The notes under the pieces were generated by a model. That model was not told where the DNA came from, ran no database searches, and saw only the letters and a program-made list of their open reading frames with translations. Position numbers and translations under genes: made by a program. Below are positions 8,323-17,755 of a stretch of 20,240 bases of DNA, in pieces. Location: positions 1-20,240 of the forward strand of contig JAYUUO010000312.1 of the NCBI GenBank assembly GCA_043754515.1, given 5' to 3'. Every line of letters starts with the position of its first letter. The stretch's first letter is position 1. This DNA comes from Armatimonadota bacterium (GTDB lineage: Bacteria > Armatimonadota > Armatimonadia > Armatimonadales > Armatimonadaceae).

Positions 8323-11152
8323 ATGCGAATCAGTAGGCGCGAGGTTATCCGGGGCGGCGTAGTCGTGGTTGGGGCGGTAGCACTAAGCGGTACGTTAGAG
8401 CGGGAGGCGTCGGCACGGGCCGAGGGATATCCGACTGTCCCGCCCGACAACCCCTCCACTTTACCGGCGTGTCTTCCCTTCCTGGACTGGAATCCATCGG
8501 AGCGTGGGACTCTACTCATTGTCGCGCCGGAGAAGGCGTTGCTACCTAGTATCGAGGTGGTTAATCTAAATGGTACTCAGATGAGTCTGACCAGTCCTGA
8601 TGCTACTACAAATCCGATACATGCCGGCAGAAACGGGTTCCGCGTCGCGACTATCAGCCCGCGCTTCCATCGCAAACTGATCGCTGTCGGTTCTATATCG
8701 GCGGTGGTGCCCGAGGACATGGCCGTGCTCCGGTACAAAAATCTCCCCGAGCCAGATCTGCTACAGGGCGTGAGCATGGAAAGCCGCCCGCAAAATCCTC
8801 CTCGCCACGCTCACGCGCGCGCAGTGGGGACGCCTGATGTCGCCCGAGGGCATCGCGATGGGCGATCTAAATCACGACCAGCAATCACTATTTTCGGGGC
8901 TATTTCCGTCAGGCACGAAATTGATTCGTCAGAGTCCTGGCGCGACGGCTTTGGCTAAACAGAATGAGGTCGCGGCACCTAATGTTATGGATGCTAACCC
9001 GCGCCTACGACTTTATCGTGACCTGATTTAGAGGTTCCGGTTTAAAGACTCTAAGGATGGAACACTCAGTATGCGTGACGAGGATGATGGGGAAACACCG
9101 TTTTCTCTATCATATTCCCCCGATCCCAAGGCTTACACCGCCCCCGAAGATGTTACCCGTGGTCCCTTCGGCGGCTTCCCGGTCGCCTTCGGGGTCAATC
9201 TGCTGGAGTCGCTGCCCAACCGCCCGAAGCCGTCCGACGTGGACTGCGGCTCGCCCGCCTGGGACGCGGGCGTGTCAAATGGACGGGGCGAAAACAGTCG
9301 GCGACCTGATGGCCCGCATCCGCGCCGTCACCGGAGTCGAGATCTACGCGGACCGGCGGTACGCGGAACTTGACGTATATTCCCGGTCAGGTGTGAACGT
9401 ACTGATACGGGCGGGGGACCTGCTCAAGACCCTCGCGCTCTCTGTGACGGGGACGTGTCGGCGCGTGGCGTCCGGCGCGGATGCCGCGTTCGTACTGACG
9501 GACGACCGCGTCGGCTCCGGCATCCGGCTCACGCTCATCGGCATTGGATCGAAAACGCTACGGCACGTCTGCGTGAGGAGCAACAGAAGTTGTCCGACGG
9601 TACTCGGGAGGCGGACGTGACGGAAAAAGCACAGTGGGTTCCGCGAGAGGGGATGGTCCCCTCGCCCTCGCCTCTCGCGAGACTTTCCGCCAAACGAAGC
9701 GCGGTGGCAACCCAGTCCGATAAGTCACCGGAAAATCTGACTCCCGTTTCTGAACTACCGCCTGGAATACAGGCGCAGGTACAATCTCAACAACGCCACT
9801 GGCGCGATCAGATCGCGGATAAGGGCGGAGTTGATTACGCCCCCCTGCGTGAAGACAGCGTCACTCTTGAGGTTGAACCGAAGCTATCGGTGATCGTGCC
9901 GGGCGTGGGAATCATCCCGTTTCCTGGTGAAGTCAATTTCAACCCGAGTGACTTGAGCTACATGGAAAAGGGCGACTCAGCCTGGGCCAGCTACAATCTG
10001 ATCCCTCCCGACCTGAAAGCGGCACTACCAGTACGCATCTCCGGACACCGTTTTGAGCGGCGCGTCCTCGCTACGTCCGCGCGAAACGAGACGGAGTATC
10101 GAGACGCCGCGCTCCTTGCCTGATCGCACGGTTTCAATGGCCTTATGTTAACGGTCGGCCTGGAGACGGATACACAAGTCGCCGCCTGCCTAGCCGCCGT
10201 GCGGGATGCCGCGCCGGAGCTAGAGACGTGGCTCCGCGTCCCGGCGTTGCGGCTGGCAACTAGCGCGGGTGGGATGGATGGCGGGCGGCTACTCGACTGT
10301 GACATTACCGGGCGGACGTGCCGTGCCTCCAAACGCCACCCGCCCCTCTGCCGCGATGGGCATGAGCTACGTCGGTGACTATCTAGAGGTCAGCGATAAG
10401 GACGCTCTGCGGGTAGCGCGTGCCCGTCTTGTCGCGCTCGCGGCATCCGCCCGACACTGCGCGGGTCTTATTGTCGTGGATATGGACCCCCAGGGTACTC
10501 CGGCGAGCACAGCGAAATGTTCGTAAACGACCTCCGGCGCGAACAGGAGTTGGGCTATAATCCCGCGTGCCGTCTCGCATTCCTACGTGAAACGGAGACG
10601 GACCCGGTTGACATGTCGCCGTTTGGCGATTTCCGGCGAGACGATTCGACTCCGAACATCAGCCGCAAAGTTACCCGGTTGCCGCTCCCCTTCTTCCTGG
10701 ACGCGGGTCCCGGTGAGATGACTAGTGCTCAAAATATCTACTCTCACTGGTACAAATTCCGGGCGAAACAGCTCGCCGCCGCGCATGGCTCCCTCCGCGA
10801 GGCACTCAAAGAGGCGAACCCGAAAGGCGAGTTTTTCGGTGGGTTTGTGCCCTGGATTTCGCCAGTAGTGGATAATGTCGCCGCTCACCAGGGCAAAGAC
10901 GAAACGCCTCCTGCCTTTGTGTGCGTGTCACATGTCTACGGCACCCAGGTGCCGACTGGAACCAGGGTGAGCAACGCAGAGCGTTTTGCTCGTCAACTTG
11001 CCCCCGCCTTCAACTGGATGAACACCCCGCCAGAGACGCTACGGGCGAAGACGTTCCTCGCGCACACCAGGTTTGGCCTTCTGTTTGAATTGGCATACGC
11101 CCCGCTCACGGAAGTAGAGGGGTTACTGTCGCACGTTGTTATCGAGCTATAG
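8323..11152 (+). pseudogene. Disrupted large (~940 codons) Tat-exported protein; C-terminal part resembles family-10 glycosyl hydrolase-like (DUF187/YddW-type) domains
   Basis: SD GGAGGAG and Tat-type signal MRISRREVI...ASARA. Coding-like segments continue through about five frame switches (~8778, ~9278, ~9538, ~10340, ~10495) and two in-frame stops (TAG 9029-9031, TGA 10121-10123). The C-terminal GYNPACRLAFLRETETDP...WYKFR pattern was recognised from memory only. Confidence 0.7.
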
Positions 11153-11299
11153 GTTGTGGTCCGAAGTGACGGGCATGGCGCGTGATTTCTCCGCGAGTAG
11201 TGAATGAGCCGCGTCCGGTTGCGTCGCGACATGGTGCCGTTCGTCTGGAACCTTTGTTCAGGGCCGCGCCGTCTTTAGCACCAGAAGGAAATTATTTAT

Positions 11300-12121
11300 A
11301 TGCCATCACCCTTTCCCGGAATGGACCCTTATATGGAGAACGTAATCTACTGGAAGAGCATCCATGGACTACTGATTCCGTTCATAACCCTTGCTCTAAA
11401 CAATTCTCTTCCGGACGCCTTCGTCGCCCGGATGGAAGCGCGGTCGTACATCCTCCCCGACCACGAGTTAGTTTATCCCGACGCGATACTGGTTCGCGCG
11501 CCGAGCGCGGAGTACCCTGCTTACTCGCCCGGCGGCGTCGCCGTGTTGGAGCAACGAGGTACCGCGACCGCGCCGCTCGTTTTCGAGTACACCACTCAGG
11601 AAATCGAGGAGCGGTATGTGAATATACTCTCAGTGGACAGTGAAGAAGTGATAGCGGTGATCGAGGTGTTGAGTCCAACTAACAAATCCCCTGAAAGCAC
11701 CGGTCGCGAGGAGTACTTGAAGAAGCAACGGGAAATTTTAGCGAGCTCAGCGCACCTGATCGAGATTGACTTGCTCCGGGGTGGGATGCACACGGCCGCT
11801 ATCGGGCGGGCCGCCGTTCTGTCGCGCACCGGTTATGATTATCTCGTGAGTCTACGCCGCGCCGGAACCCGCAAATCGCGCTTCGAGGTGTGGGCGTGGT
11901 CCGTGCGCGACCGGATGCCAACCATCTCCGTGCCGCTCCTGCCCGGCTGGGCGGATGTGCCGCTTGATCTGCAAACCGTCTGGGACGACACATACCGAGG
12001 CGGACGGTGGGACAGAACCATGAACTATCGACACCCGCCCGAACCGCCGCTATTCCCCGAGGAAGCCGCGTGGGCTGACGCGTTGCTCCGCGAAAAAGGG
12101 GCGCGTCCCCGCGACTCCTAA
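11300..12121 (+). CDS. DUF4058 family protein (putative PD-(D/E)XK-like fold)
   Basis: Diagnostic N-terminus MPSPFPGMDPYME, plus PD, IEVLSPTNK, HLIEIDLLRGG and PLDLQ motifs. Confidence 0.88.
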   Translation: MPSPFPGMDPYMENVIYWKSIHGLLIPFITLALNNSLPDAFVARMEARSYILPDHELVYPDAILVRAPSAEYPAYSPGGVAVLEQRGTATAPLVFEYTTQEIEERYVNILSVDSEEVIAVIEVLSPTNKSPESTGREEYLKKQREILASSAHLIEIDLLRGGMHTAAIGRAAVLSRTGYDYLVSLRRAGTRKSRFEVWAWSVRDRMPTISVPLLPGWADVPLDLQTVWDDTYRGGRWDRTMNYRHPPEPPLFPEEAAWADALLREKGARPRDS

Positions 12122-13905
12122 ATATTAGCCGATCTATCGCGGAGCGCACTGAGTTCAACACGAAGCTCCCTAGGAATACGGTCTCCGAAGCGGGTGTAAT
12201 GGGACTCAATGCTATCCGCTTCGTCCATGAACTCGGCGGGCGAGACGGCGAGCGCGGCTTCGAGACGCTCGCGCGGGAGGGTCAGCCCCTCGGAATGTAA
12301 CGCGGACACGGGTGGTACCAGCCCAAACGCGGTCTCGTTCGCTACGGCGTTGCCGCGTAGCCGCTCGCGCATCCAGATCAGGGCGCGGACGTTGTCGCCG
12401 TATCCAGGCCAGAGAAGGTCGCCGTCGTCATCCCGACGGAACCAGTTGACGTGGAATATCGCGGGCGGGTTCGGGGTCTTCTCGCCCATTTCGAGCCAGT
12501 GTCGGAAGTAATCGCCCATGTGGTAGCCGCAAAACGGCAACATGGCGAACGGATCGCGCCGCAACACGCCTTTGGCCCCTTCCGCCGCCGCCGTGGTTTC
12601 GGATGCCATAACCGACCCGAGGAAGACGCCGTGTGTCCACGAATAGGCTTGCGCGACGAGCGGGATGGTGCTACGCCGCCGACCACCGAGCAATATCGCC
12701 GCGATCGGTACCCCTTCGGGCGAATCGAACTCCGGGGAAATGGAGGGGCACTGGGCGGCTGCCACCGTGAAGCGCGAGTTGGGGTGCGCGAACGGCTCCG
12801 ATGTGTCGGTGGTCGGTCGCCGGTTGTTCTTCCAGTCGGTCAGGTAGGGCGTCGGCGGCTCGTCCGTCAGCCCTTCCCACCACGGTTCGCCTTCATCCGT
12901 GACGGCGACGTTGGTGAAAATAGTGTTCGTCCGCACCGTGGCTATCGCGTTCGGGTTCGTGCGCGGCGAAGTCCCCGGCGCGACTCCGAAGAAGCCCGCC
13001 TCCGGGTTGATCGCCCACAACCTGCCGTCCGCGCCGATTCGTAGCCAGGCGATGTCGTCGCCGACGGTGCGTACGCCCCACCCCTGTGCTTCGAGCGCGG
13101 GCGGCACCACCAGCATCGCGAGGTTGGTTTTGCCGCAGGCGGACGGGAACGCCCCCGCGAAGTACGTTCTCTCACCCTCCGGGTCGGATAGTTCCAGCAA
13201 GAGCATGTGTTCGGCGAGCCAGCCCTCGTTTCGAGCAATCGCGGATCCGATCCGGAGCGCGAAGCATTTCTTGCCGAGTAAGGCATTGCCGCCGTAATTA
13301 GATCCCACCGACCAGATCATACGCTCCGATGGGAAGTGACAGATGTAGCGGTTCGTCGGGTTCAGGTCGCCGGTCGCGTGAAGCCCCGGCACGAACGTTC
13401 CGTCGGTTCTGAGCGCGTCCAGAGCGGGCGTGCCCATCCGGGTCATAACACCCATAGAAATAACGACATACGGCGAGTCGGTGATTTCGACGCCGACCCG
13501 CGCGGACGGCGAGCCGACCGGCCCCATAAGGTAGGGCACGACGTAAAGAGTTTTGCCGCGCATGGAACCGGCGAAAAGGGGGCGTAGTAGTGCCTTAGCA
13601 TCGTCGGGGGACATCCAGTTGTTAGTCGGACCCGCGTCCTCCTGTCGGGGCGAGCAGATGAAGGTGCGATCCTCGACCCGTGCCACGTCCCGCGGGTCGC
13701 TACGGTGCAGGTAGCAGCCGGGGTGCGTGCCCTGATTCAGCAGCTGGAGGGTGCCGCCTGCGACCATCAGCGCGATCAGTTTCGCCCTCTCTACCTCGGT
13801 ACCGTCACAGACGAAAACGCGTTCGGCTTCCGTGAGCCGGGCACACTCGGTAATCCAGAGGTTCAGTTGGGGGTGGTTCGTGACGGAGTCGAATAATTCG
13901 CGCAA
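12118..13905 (-). CDS. pckG: Phosphoenolpyruvate carboxykinase (GTP)
   Basis: DVARVEDRTFIC, YGGNALLGKKCFALR, WLAEHM, FPSACGKTNLAM, VGDDIAW, HPNSRF and DPFAMLPFCGY motifs. Start is revised to TTG 13905 (GAAAGG upstream) because the ORF-track start at 13965 is the promoter -35 box. Confidence 0.96.
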   Translation of the reverse strand: MRELFDSVTNHPQLNLWITECARLTEAERVFVCDGTEVERAKLIALMVAGGTLQLLNQGTHPGCYLHRSDPRDVARVEDRTFICSPRQEDAGPTNNWMSPDDAKALLRPLFAGSMRGKTLYVVPYLMGPVGSPSARVGVEITDSPYVVISMGVMTRMGTPALDALRTDGTFVPGLHATGDLNPTNRYICHFPSERMIWSVGSNYGGNALLGKKCFALRIGSAIARNEGWLAEHMLLLELSDPEGERTYFAGAFPSACGKTNLAMLVVPPALEAQGWGVRTVGDDIAWLRIGADGRLWAINPEAGFFGVAPGTSPRTNPNAIATVRTNTIFTNVAVTDEGEPWWEGLTDEPPTPYLTDWKNNRRPTTDTSEPFAHPNSRFTVAAAQCPSISPEFDSPEGVPIAAILLGGRRRSTIPLVAQAYSWTHGVFLGSVMASETTAAAEGAKGVLRRDPFAMLPFCGYHMGDYFRHWLEMGEKTPNPPAIFHVNWFRRDDDGDLLWPGYGDNVRALIWMRERLRGNAVANETAFGLVPPVSALHSEGLTLPRERLEAALAVSPAEFMDEADSIESHYTRFGDRIPRELRVELSALRDRSANI

Positions 13906-13936
13906 AGATGGATGAAGCCTTTCGGATGATAGCAGT

Positions 13937-13965
13937 ATTGTAAAGGGGAGCGGGGGTGGTGTCAA
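13937..13965 (-). promoter_or_regulatory. Near-consensus sigma70 promoter of pckG
   Basis: Minus strand TTGACA (13965-13960), 17-nt spacer, TACAAT (13942-13937). Confidence 0.85.
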
Positions 13966-13984
13966 CCGAGCGCGCGCGGCTGCG

Positions 13985-14014
13985 TTGGCGTTTCGTGTGT
14001 GTTTGTGTTATTCT
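13985..14014 (+). promoter_or_regulatory. Putative extended -10 promoter for a leaderless CBM-like gene
   Basis: TTGGCG, 18-nt spacer, TGnTATTCT (14006-14014), 6 nt before ATG 14021; no SD present. Confidence 0.5.
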
Positions 14015-14020
14015 TTACTA

Positions 14021-14617
14021 ATGAAGCAGTCCATAAAAATCGCCGTGACATTGCTTTGTGTCGGCTTGGCGATAGCTCTGTATCGAACGCTCTCACCGGG
14101 GGGCGTTCCGCCTACGACACCCAGGGTCGCGCGCCCTGCCGCTATCGGAACCCCGCGCGCTCCTTCCGCCGGTGCCGTAATTCATCCGCTCGGTGAAAAG
14201 TGGGTGCTACGCCAGCAGGCTCCGGCGCGAGCCACGATCGAGGAGTCGGTCGCGAATGACCTACCGACTGCAAATAAGCATGATGTCCACCTCATCGTCA
14301 CTGCGGTAGACCCGCGCAAGTTCTGGGCGGCTCAGATGGTCAAGGTGGTTCCGCAACCGCTGAAAGCCAGACGACAGATGGTGGTGCGGTTTTGGGGGCG
14401 TTCCGCGCAAAGCACGCCCGTTTGGGTCATCTTCGAGGAAGGTAGATCCCCGCACACGCCCGATCTACAGAAATTGGTCACACTGACGCCGGAGTGGCGC
14501 GAGTATTCCCTGCCGTTCCGCACGTCCCGCGACCATGTTGACCCCCACGCCAACTTCTGCATCAAAGCCGGCATCAAGCCCGGCGAGATAGAAGTCGCCG
14601 ACATCCGTGTGGACTGA
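14021..14617 (+). CDS. Exported or membrane-anchored protein with carbohydrate-binding module-like (CBM4/9-type beta-sandwich) domain
   Basis: Hydrophobic N-terminus, Pro-rich linker, then WAAQ...VVRFWGRS...LTPEWREYSLPF...GEIEVADIRV, a pattern typical of CBM4/9-like modules. Confidence 0.62.
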   Translation: MKQSIKIAVTLLCVGLAIALYRTLSPGGVPPTTPRVARPAAIGTPRAPSAGAVIHPLGEKWVLRQQAPARATIEESVANDLPTANKHDVHLIVTAVDPRKFWAAQMVKVVPQPLKARRQMVVRFWGRSAQSTPVWVIFEEGRSPHTPDLQKLVTLTPEWREYSLPFRTSRDHVDPHANFCIKAGIKPGEIEVADIRVD

Positions 14618-14649
14618 TCACGCCCGACGCCCCCGCATCGTTACGAGCC

Positions 14650-14686
14650 GTCCCACACCGGGCAGAAGTCCCACACCGGGCAGAAG
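14650..14686. repeat. Perfect 18-bp tandem duplication
   Basis: GTCCCACACCGGGCAGAA occurs twice, at 14650-14667 and 14668-14685. Confidence 0.9.
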
Positions 14687-14812
14687 AAGGTGCCGCTTCC
14701 CCACGATTCACATACCAACGCCGCGTTACTTCGCGCACTGTTACCTCGGACTACTCCGTGGGTACACCCTTGTTTGGCCCGTGGGCCGGAGCATCATGGA
14801 CGAGGAAACTGT

Positions 14813-15609
14813 ATGACATTGAAGCAACGCGTTTATGAAGCACTCCAGGAGGACGCCAATGTACTCGGCCTAGCGGGTTGCGCGGCCCTATCCCTGTCAC
14901 TCCTCAGCCCCTCACCCCTGCTGATCGCGTTCGTCGCGGAGGTCGTCTATCTTCTCTATGTCCCGGACTCGCACTGGTACGCGAACCGCGTCGCTAGACG
15001 GCATGACTCCCTGATCAATGATCATCAGGGGGCGGGATGAACCTCGGTTACGGATTCTCCCAGAGCCGCTCGGGTGCGAGATCTAAGGAGACTACGCTCC
15101 GTCATTCTCGCGCGCGACGGTTCAGAATCAGAGACTTTGATGGGATTCCTGCAAAAGTTAGATGATCTCCTTGAGATATAATCGCGTACTTTGAGCGTGG
15201 TGGACGCAATCGAAAGACACATCACCCCGGAGGGTAGCCCCGTGGGAGTAGTGTCGCCGCGTCGTTCGGGGATGAAATGCTCAACGGGATGACGCCGGGG
15301 GCACCGCGGCGGGGGGCGCGAAATCCCACGGGAGCCGAGTGCGGGGTCGCCGTCCAGAGCGACCCTATTCAGGGAAGATGCTGGCAGGAAGGCACGCGGG
15401 GTGAATCGTTCGAGGTTACCGTCGCCCGCCATCTGACCAAGTCCGCGAACACTATAGCGGACGGCGTGAAGAAGCTACTGGAGGCAGAGGCTAGGGCGGA
15501 TGCCGATCAAGACGGCATCGGACCGTGGGACGCCGAGGCGCGACGGTTGACGCAGGAGTCCGAGAGTGCCGAGCACCGATTATCGGACTGGATCAAGTTG
15601 AACCGTTAA
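14813..15609 (+). pseudogene. Disrupted membrane-anchored helical protein of unknown function
   Basis: SD GAGGA and ATG 14813, with two hydrophobic segments (NVLGLAG...LLYVPDS). The same frame continues past TGA 15038-15040 (...LQKLDDLLEI) and TAA 15179-15181. A helical-looking tail in another frame ends at 15609; whether it belongs to the same gene is uncertain. Confidence 0.55.
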
Positions 15610-16142
15610 TCAGGAAGGGACGCTAAGTCCGCGCCTGAGCGACTCGCGAGTGCCGTCACGGTCTTGGCGTACACCTGGTCGAGCGTTTCCGGCATCACCT
15701 TCACGTCGCCGATAACCGGCATGAAGTTCGTGTCGCCGCTCCAGCGCGGCACGATATGAAGATGGAGGTGCGCCGCGATCCCCGCTCCCGCCGCCGCCCC
15801 GACATTCATGCCGACGTTAAACCCATGCGGGCGGAAAACCTCGCCGAGCACATCGCACAGGAACGCGCACAGCCGCATCATCTCCGCGCCTTCCACATCT
15901 GTCAGTTCGACCGGCGACGCGATGTGCCGGTAAGGGAGCACCATCACGTGACCATTGCTGTAGGGGAACGCGTTCAGAATCACATAGCATGATTCGCCGC
16001 GTAACATGATGTAGTTCGACGCGTCGCCCGCCGCGCCCTCCGCGGGTTTGTCACAAAAGATACACGAACCGGGTGACGGGGGCGGCGCACCGCCTTCGTC
16101 CTTGATGTAGGCTAGCCGCCATGGGGCGTAAAGTCGTTCCAC
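15606..16142 (-). CDS. HIT-family nucleotide hydrolase/phosphorylase (Ap4A phosphorylase-like)
   Basis: LYAPWR, CIFC, LNAFPYSNGHVMV, GFNVGMNVG.AAGAG and the histidine triad HLHLHIVPRW.GDTNFMP. GTG start at 16142. Confidence 0.92.
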   Translation of the reverse strand: MERLYAPWRLAYIKDEGGAPPPSPGSCIFCDKPAEGAAGDASNYIMLRGESCYVILNAFPYSNGHVMVLPYRHIASPVELTDVEGAEMMRLCAFLCDVLGEVFRPHGFNVGMNVGAAAGAGIAAHLHLHIVPRWSGDTNFMPVIGDVKVMPETLDQVYAKTVTALASRSGADLASLPD

Positions 16143-16256
16143 ACCGCTGATTGTACCGCGTTGAGCGAACAACTCCCCCTCGACGTCCGAGTAGCCGCGA
16201 TCTCGCGTCGGTGGCATGAGCAAGTAGCCGTTATGACAGGTGTTGCAGGCGAATGA

Positions 16257-16535
16257 TCCTGACTTCCTGTCCACGTCGAACTTGACGCCCGAAAAGACGA
16301 CGATTTGATCGTCCATACCCCCCCGAATTTCCAGCAAAATGGGAGCGACTATGAACTCGGGGCGGGCCTTCCCGCTCGCGATGCCGGATAGAATCGGTTG
16401 CCCCCGTGCTAGAACAGATCGCAGCGTTTCGCTGGGCGAGATCGGGCTGACGGCGGCGTAGTCGTCGGCCGTTCATACGAACGTAAGGGCGAACCGCTCC
16501 CGCAACAGATCCAGTGTGAACGATTCGTAAGCTAT
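16257..16535 (-). pseudogene. 5' remnant of a conserved hypothetical gene (MAYxxFTL...EKARSEFIIAPILLE...FSG.FDVD family, familiar from cyanobacteria)
   Basis: Reads IAYESFTLDLLRERFALTFV*TADD...KARPEFIVAPILLEIR...VFSGVKFDVDRKSG. The start appears decayed to ATA (16535), there is an in-frame TGA (16475-16473), and the 3' half is missing. Confidence 0.72.
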
Positions 16536-16590
16536 GCGCCGAGTATATCGCGTAGCAGGCAACTGAACGCAGTTGCCGCGACGGGGTTTG

Positions 16591-17682
16591 TTAATCCGCC
16601 TCGGGGTAGGAACCCAGGATCGTGACGAAAAGGCTCTGCTCTTCCAGCATCTTCAGCGCGTGTGCCACCCGGTCGTTCGTGCTATGGCCCTGAAAGTCTA
16701 TGAAGAACACGTACTCCCACGGCATCTGCTTAGTCGGGCGCGACTCGATCATCGTCAGGTTGATGTTATGCGCGTCGAATGCCGCCATCGCCCGCATGAG
16801 GGCACCCGCCTTATGACGGACCGAGAAGTAGATGCTGGTCTTATCCTTGCCCGACGGCTTCGGCTCGTTCTCGCCGATCACCAGGAACCGGGTGCGGTTG
16901 TGCGGCGAATCCTCGATGTGTTGCGCCACGACCGGCACCTGATATATTTCGGCGGCGATGTCGGTGCAGATGGCGGCGGATTCAGTGTCCACGGCGGCCA
17001 GTTGCGCCGACTTACTGTTCGAGGTGGCCTCGATAATCTCTACCCTCGGCAGATTCTCGCGTAGCCAGGCACGGCTCTGCGCGGACGACTGCGGGTGGGC
17101 ATACAGCCGCTTGACGTCGCGCCAGTTTTCGGCCTTGCTCGCCAAATGATGGTGTACTGGGACGAATACCTCGGCGCAAACTTTGAGCGCGGTTTTGCTG
17201 AACATGTCCAGCGTGTACGGCACGACGCCTTCCGTGCTGTTCTCGACCGGAACGATTCCGTAGTCGGTCGCGCCGCGTTCGACCTGTCCGAAAACGTCGG
17301 GGATCGTGTCGGTCGGCATCAGTTCGGACGCGGTGCCGAACTTCGCCAGCGCGGCGCGATGCGAAAACGTCCCGGCGGGTCCTAGATAGGCGACGCGGAT
17401 GGGTGCCTCTAGCGCGCGGCAGGCGGAGATGATCTCGCGGAACACGGCGCGGACGGCGACGGGGGATAGCGGGCCGGGGTTCTGAGCGGCGAGCCGCTCG
17501 AAGATCTGCCGCTCGCGTTCGGGGGCGAAGAAGCGGGTCGTCGTCTTCTCCTTACGTTGCCCTATCTCGCGGGCGGCGTCGGCGCGGCGCGAGATCAGGG
17601 ACAATACTTCGGCGTCAATCGCGTCAATGCGTCCGCGCAGATCGTCGAGTGTCGGCTCTTCATCGGGGTTAAACAGGCTCAT
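16591..17682 (-). CDS. pheA: Bifunctional chorismate mutase/prephenate dehydratase (P-protein)
   Basis: N-terminal AroQ domain (LRGRIDAID...PERE), PDT motifs YLGPAGTFS, VPVENSTEG and NRTRF, and ACT domain INLTMIESRP...YVFFIDF...LGSYP. Confidence 0.97.
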   Translation of the reverse strand: MSLFNPDEEPTLDDLRGRIDAIDAEVLSLISRRADAAREIGQRKEKTTTRFFAPERERQIFERLAAQNPGPLSPVAVRAVFREIISACRALEAPIRVAYLGPAGTFSHRAALAKFGTASELMPTDTIPDVFGQVERGATDYGIVPVENSTEGVVPYTLDMFSKTALKVCAEVFVPVHHHLASKAENWRDVKRLYAHPQSSAQSRAWLRENLPRVEIIEATSNSKSAQLAAVDTESAAICTDIAAEIYQVPVVAQHIEDSPHNRTRFLVIGENEPKPSGKDKTSIYFSVRHKAGALMRAMAAFDAHNINLTMIESRPTKQMPWEYVFFIDFQGHSTNDRVAHALKMLEEQSLFVTILGSYPEAD

Positions 17683-17704
17683 GGGAGGTACCAGGTACGG
17701 TCAA

Positions 17705-17713
17705 AGTATATCA
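17705..17713 (-). promoter_or_regulatory. Putative extended -10 element for pheA
   Basis: Minus strand TG-A-TATACT, 22 nt upstream of the ATG. Confidence 0.5.
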
Positions 17714-17755
17714 CGACGCCCTACTAGTTCGACGCACGCGATTCGCGGGACTGCC

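Noticed and set aside
11300..12121. DUF4058 gene as part of a defence system or mobile element
   Set aside because: Solitary gene with no methylase, integrase, transposase or flanking repeats visible.
13906..13965. N-terminal extension of PEP carboxykinase
   Set aside because: The called TTG is the TTGACA -35 box; the region is promoter and leader.
14650..14686. CRISPR array
   Set aside because: Only two abutting copies, no spacers and no cas genes.
16143..16337. 65-aa N-terminal extension (with a CxxC) on the HIT protein in the ORF track
   Set aside because: The extension is the in-frame tail of an upstream pseudogene plus spacer. HIT homology starts at VERLYAPWR, and a -10 box lies just upstream of that GTG.
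8323..16535. Stop-codon reassignment or programmed recoding explaining the in-frame stops
   Set aside because: The interruptions include TAG, TGA and TAA plus several frameshifts, and intact genes here terminate with all three stops. Decay is the simpler explanation.
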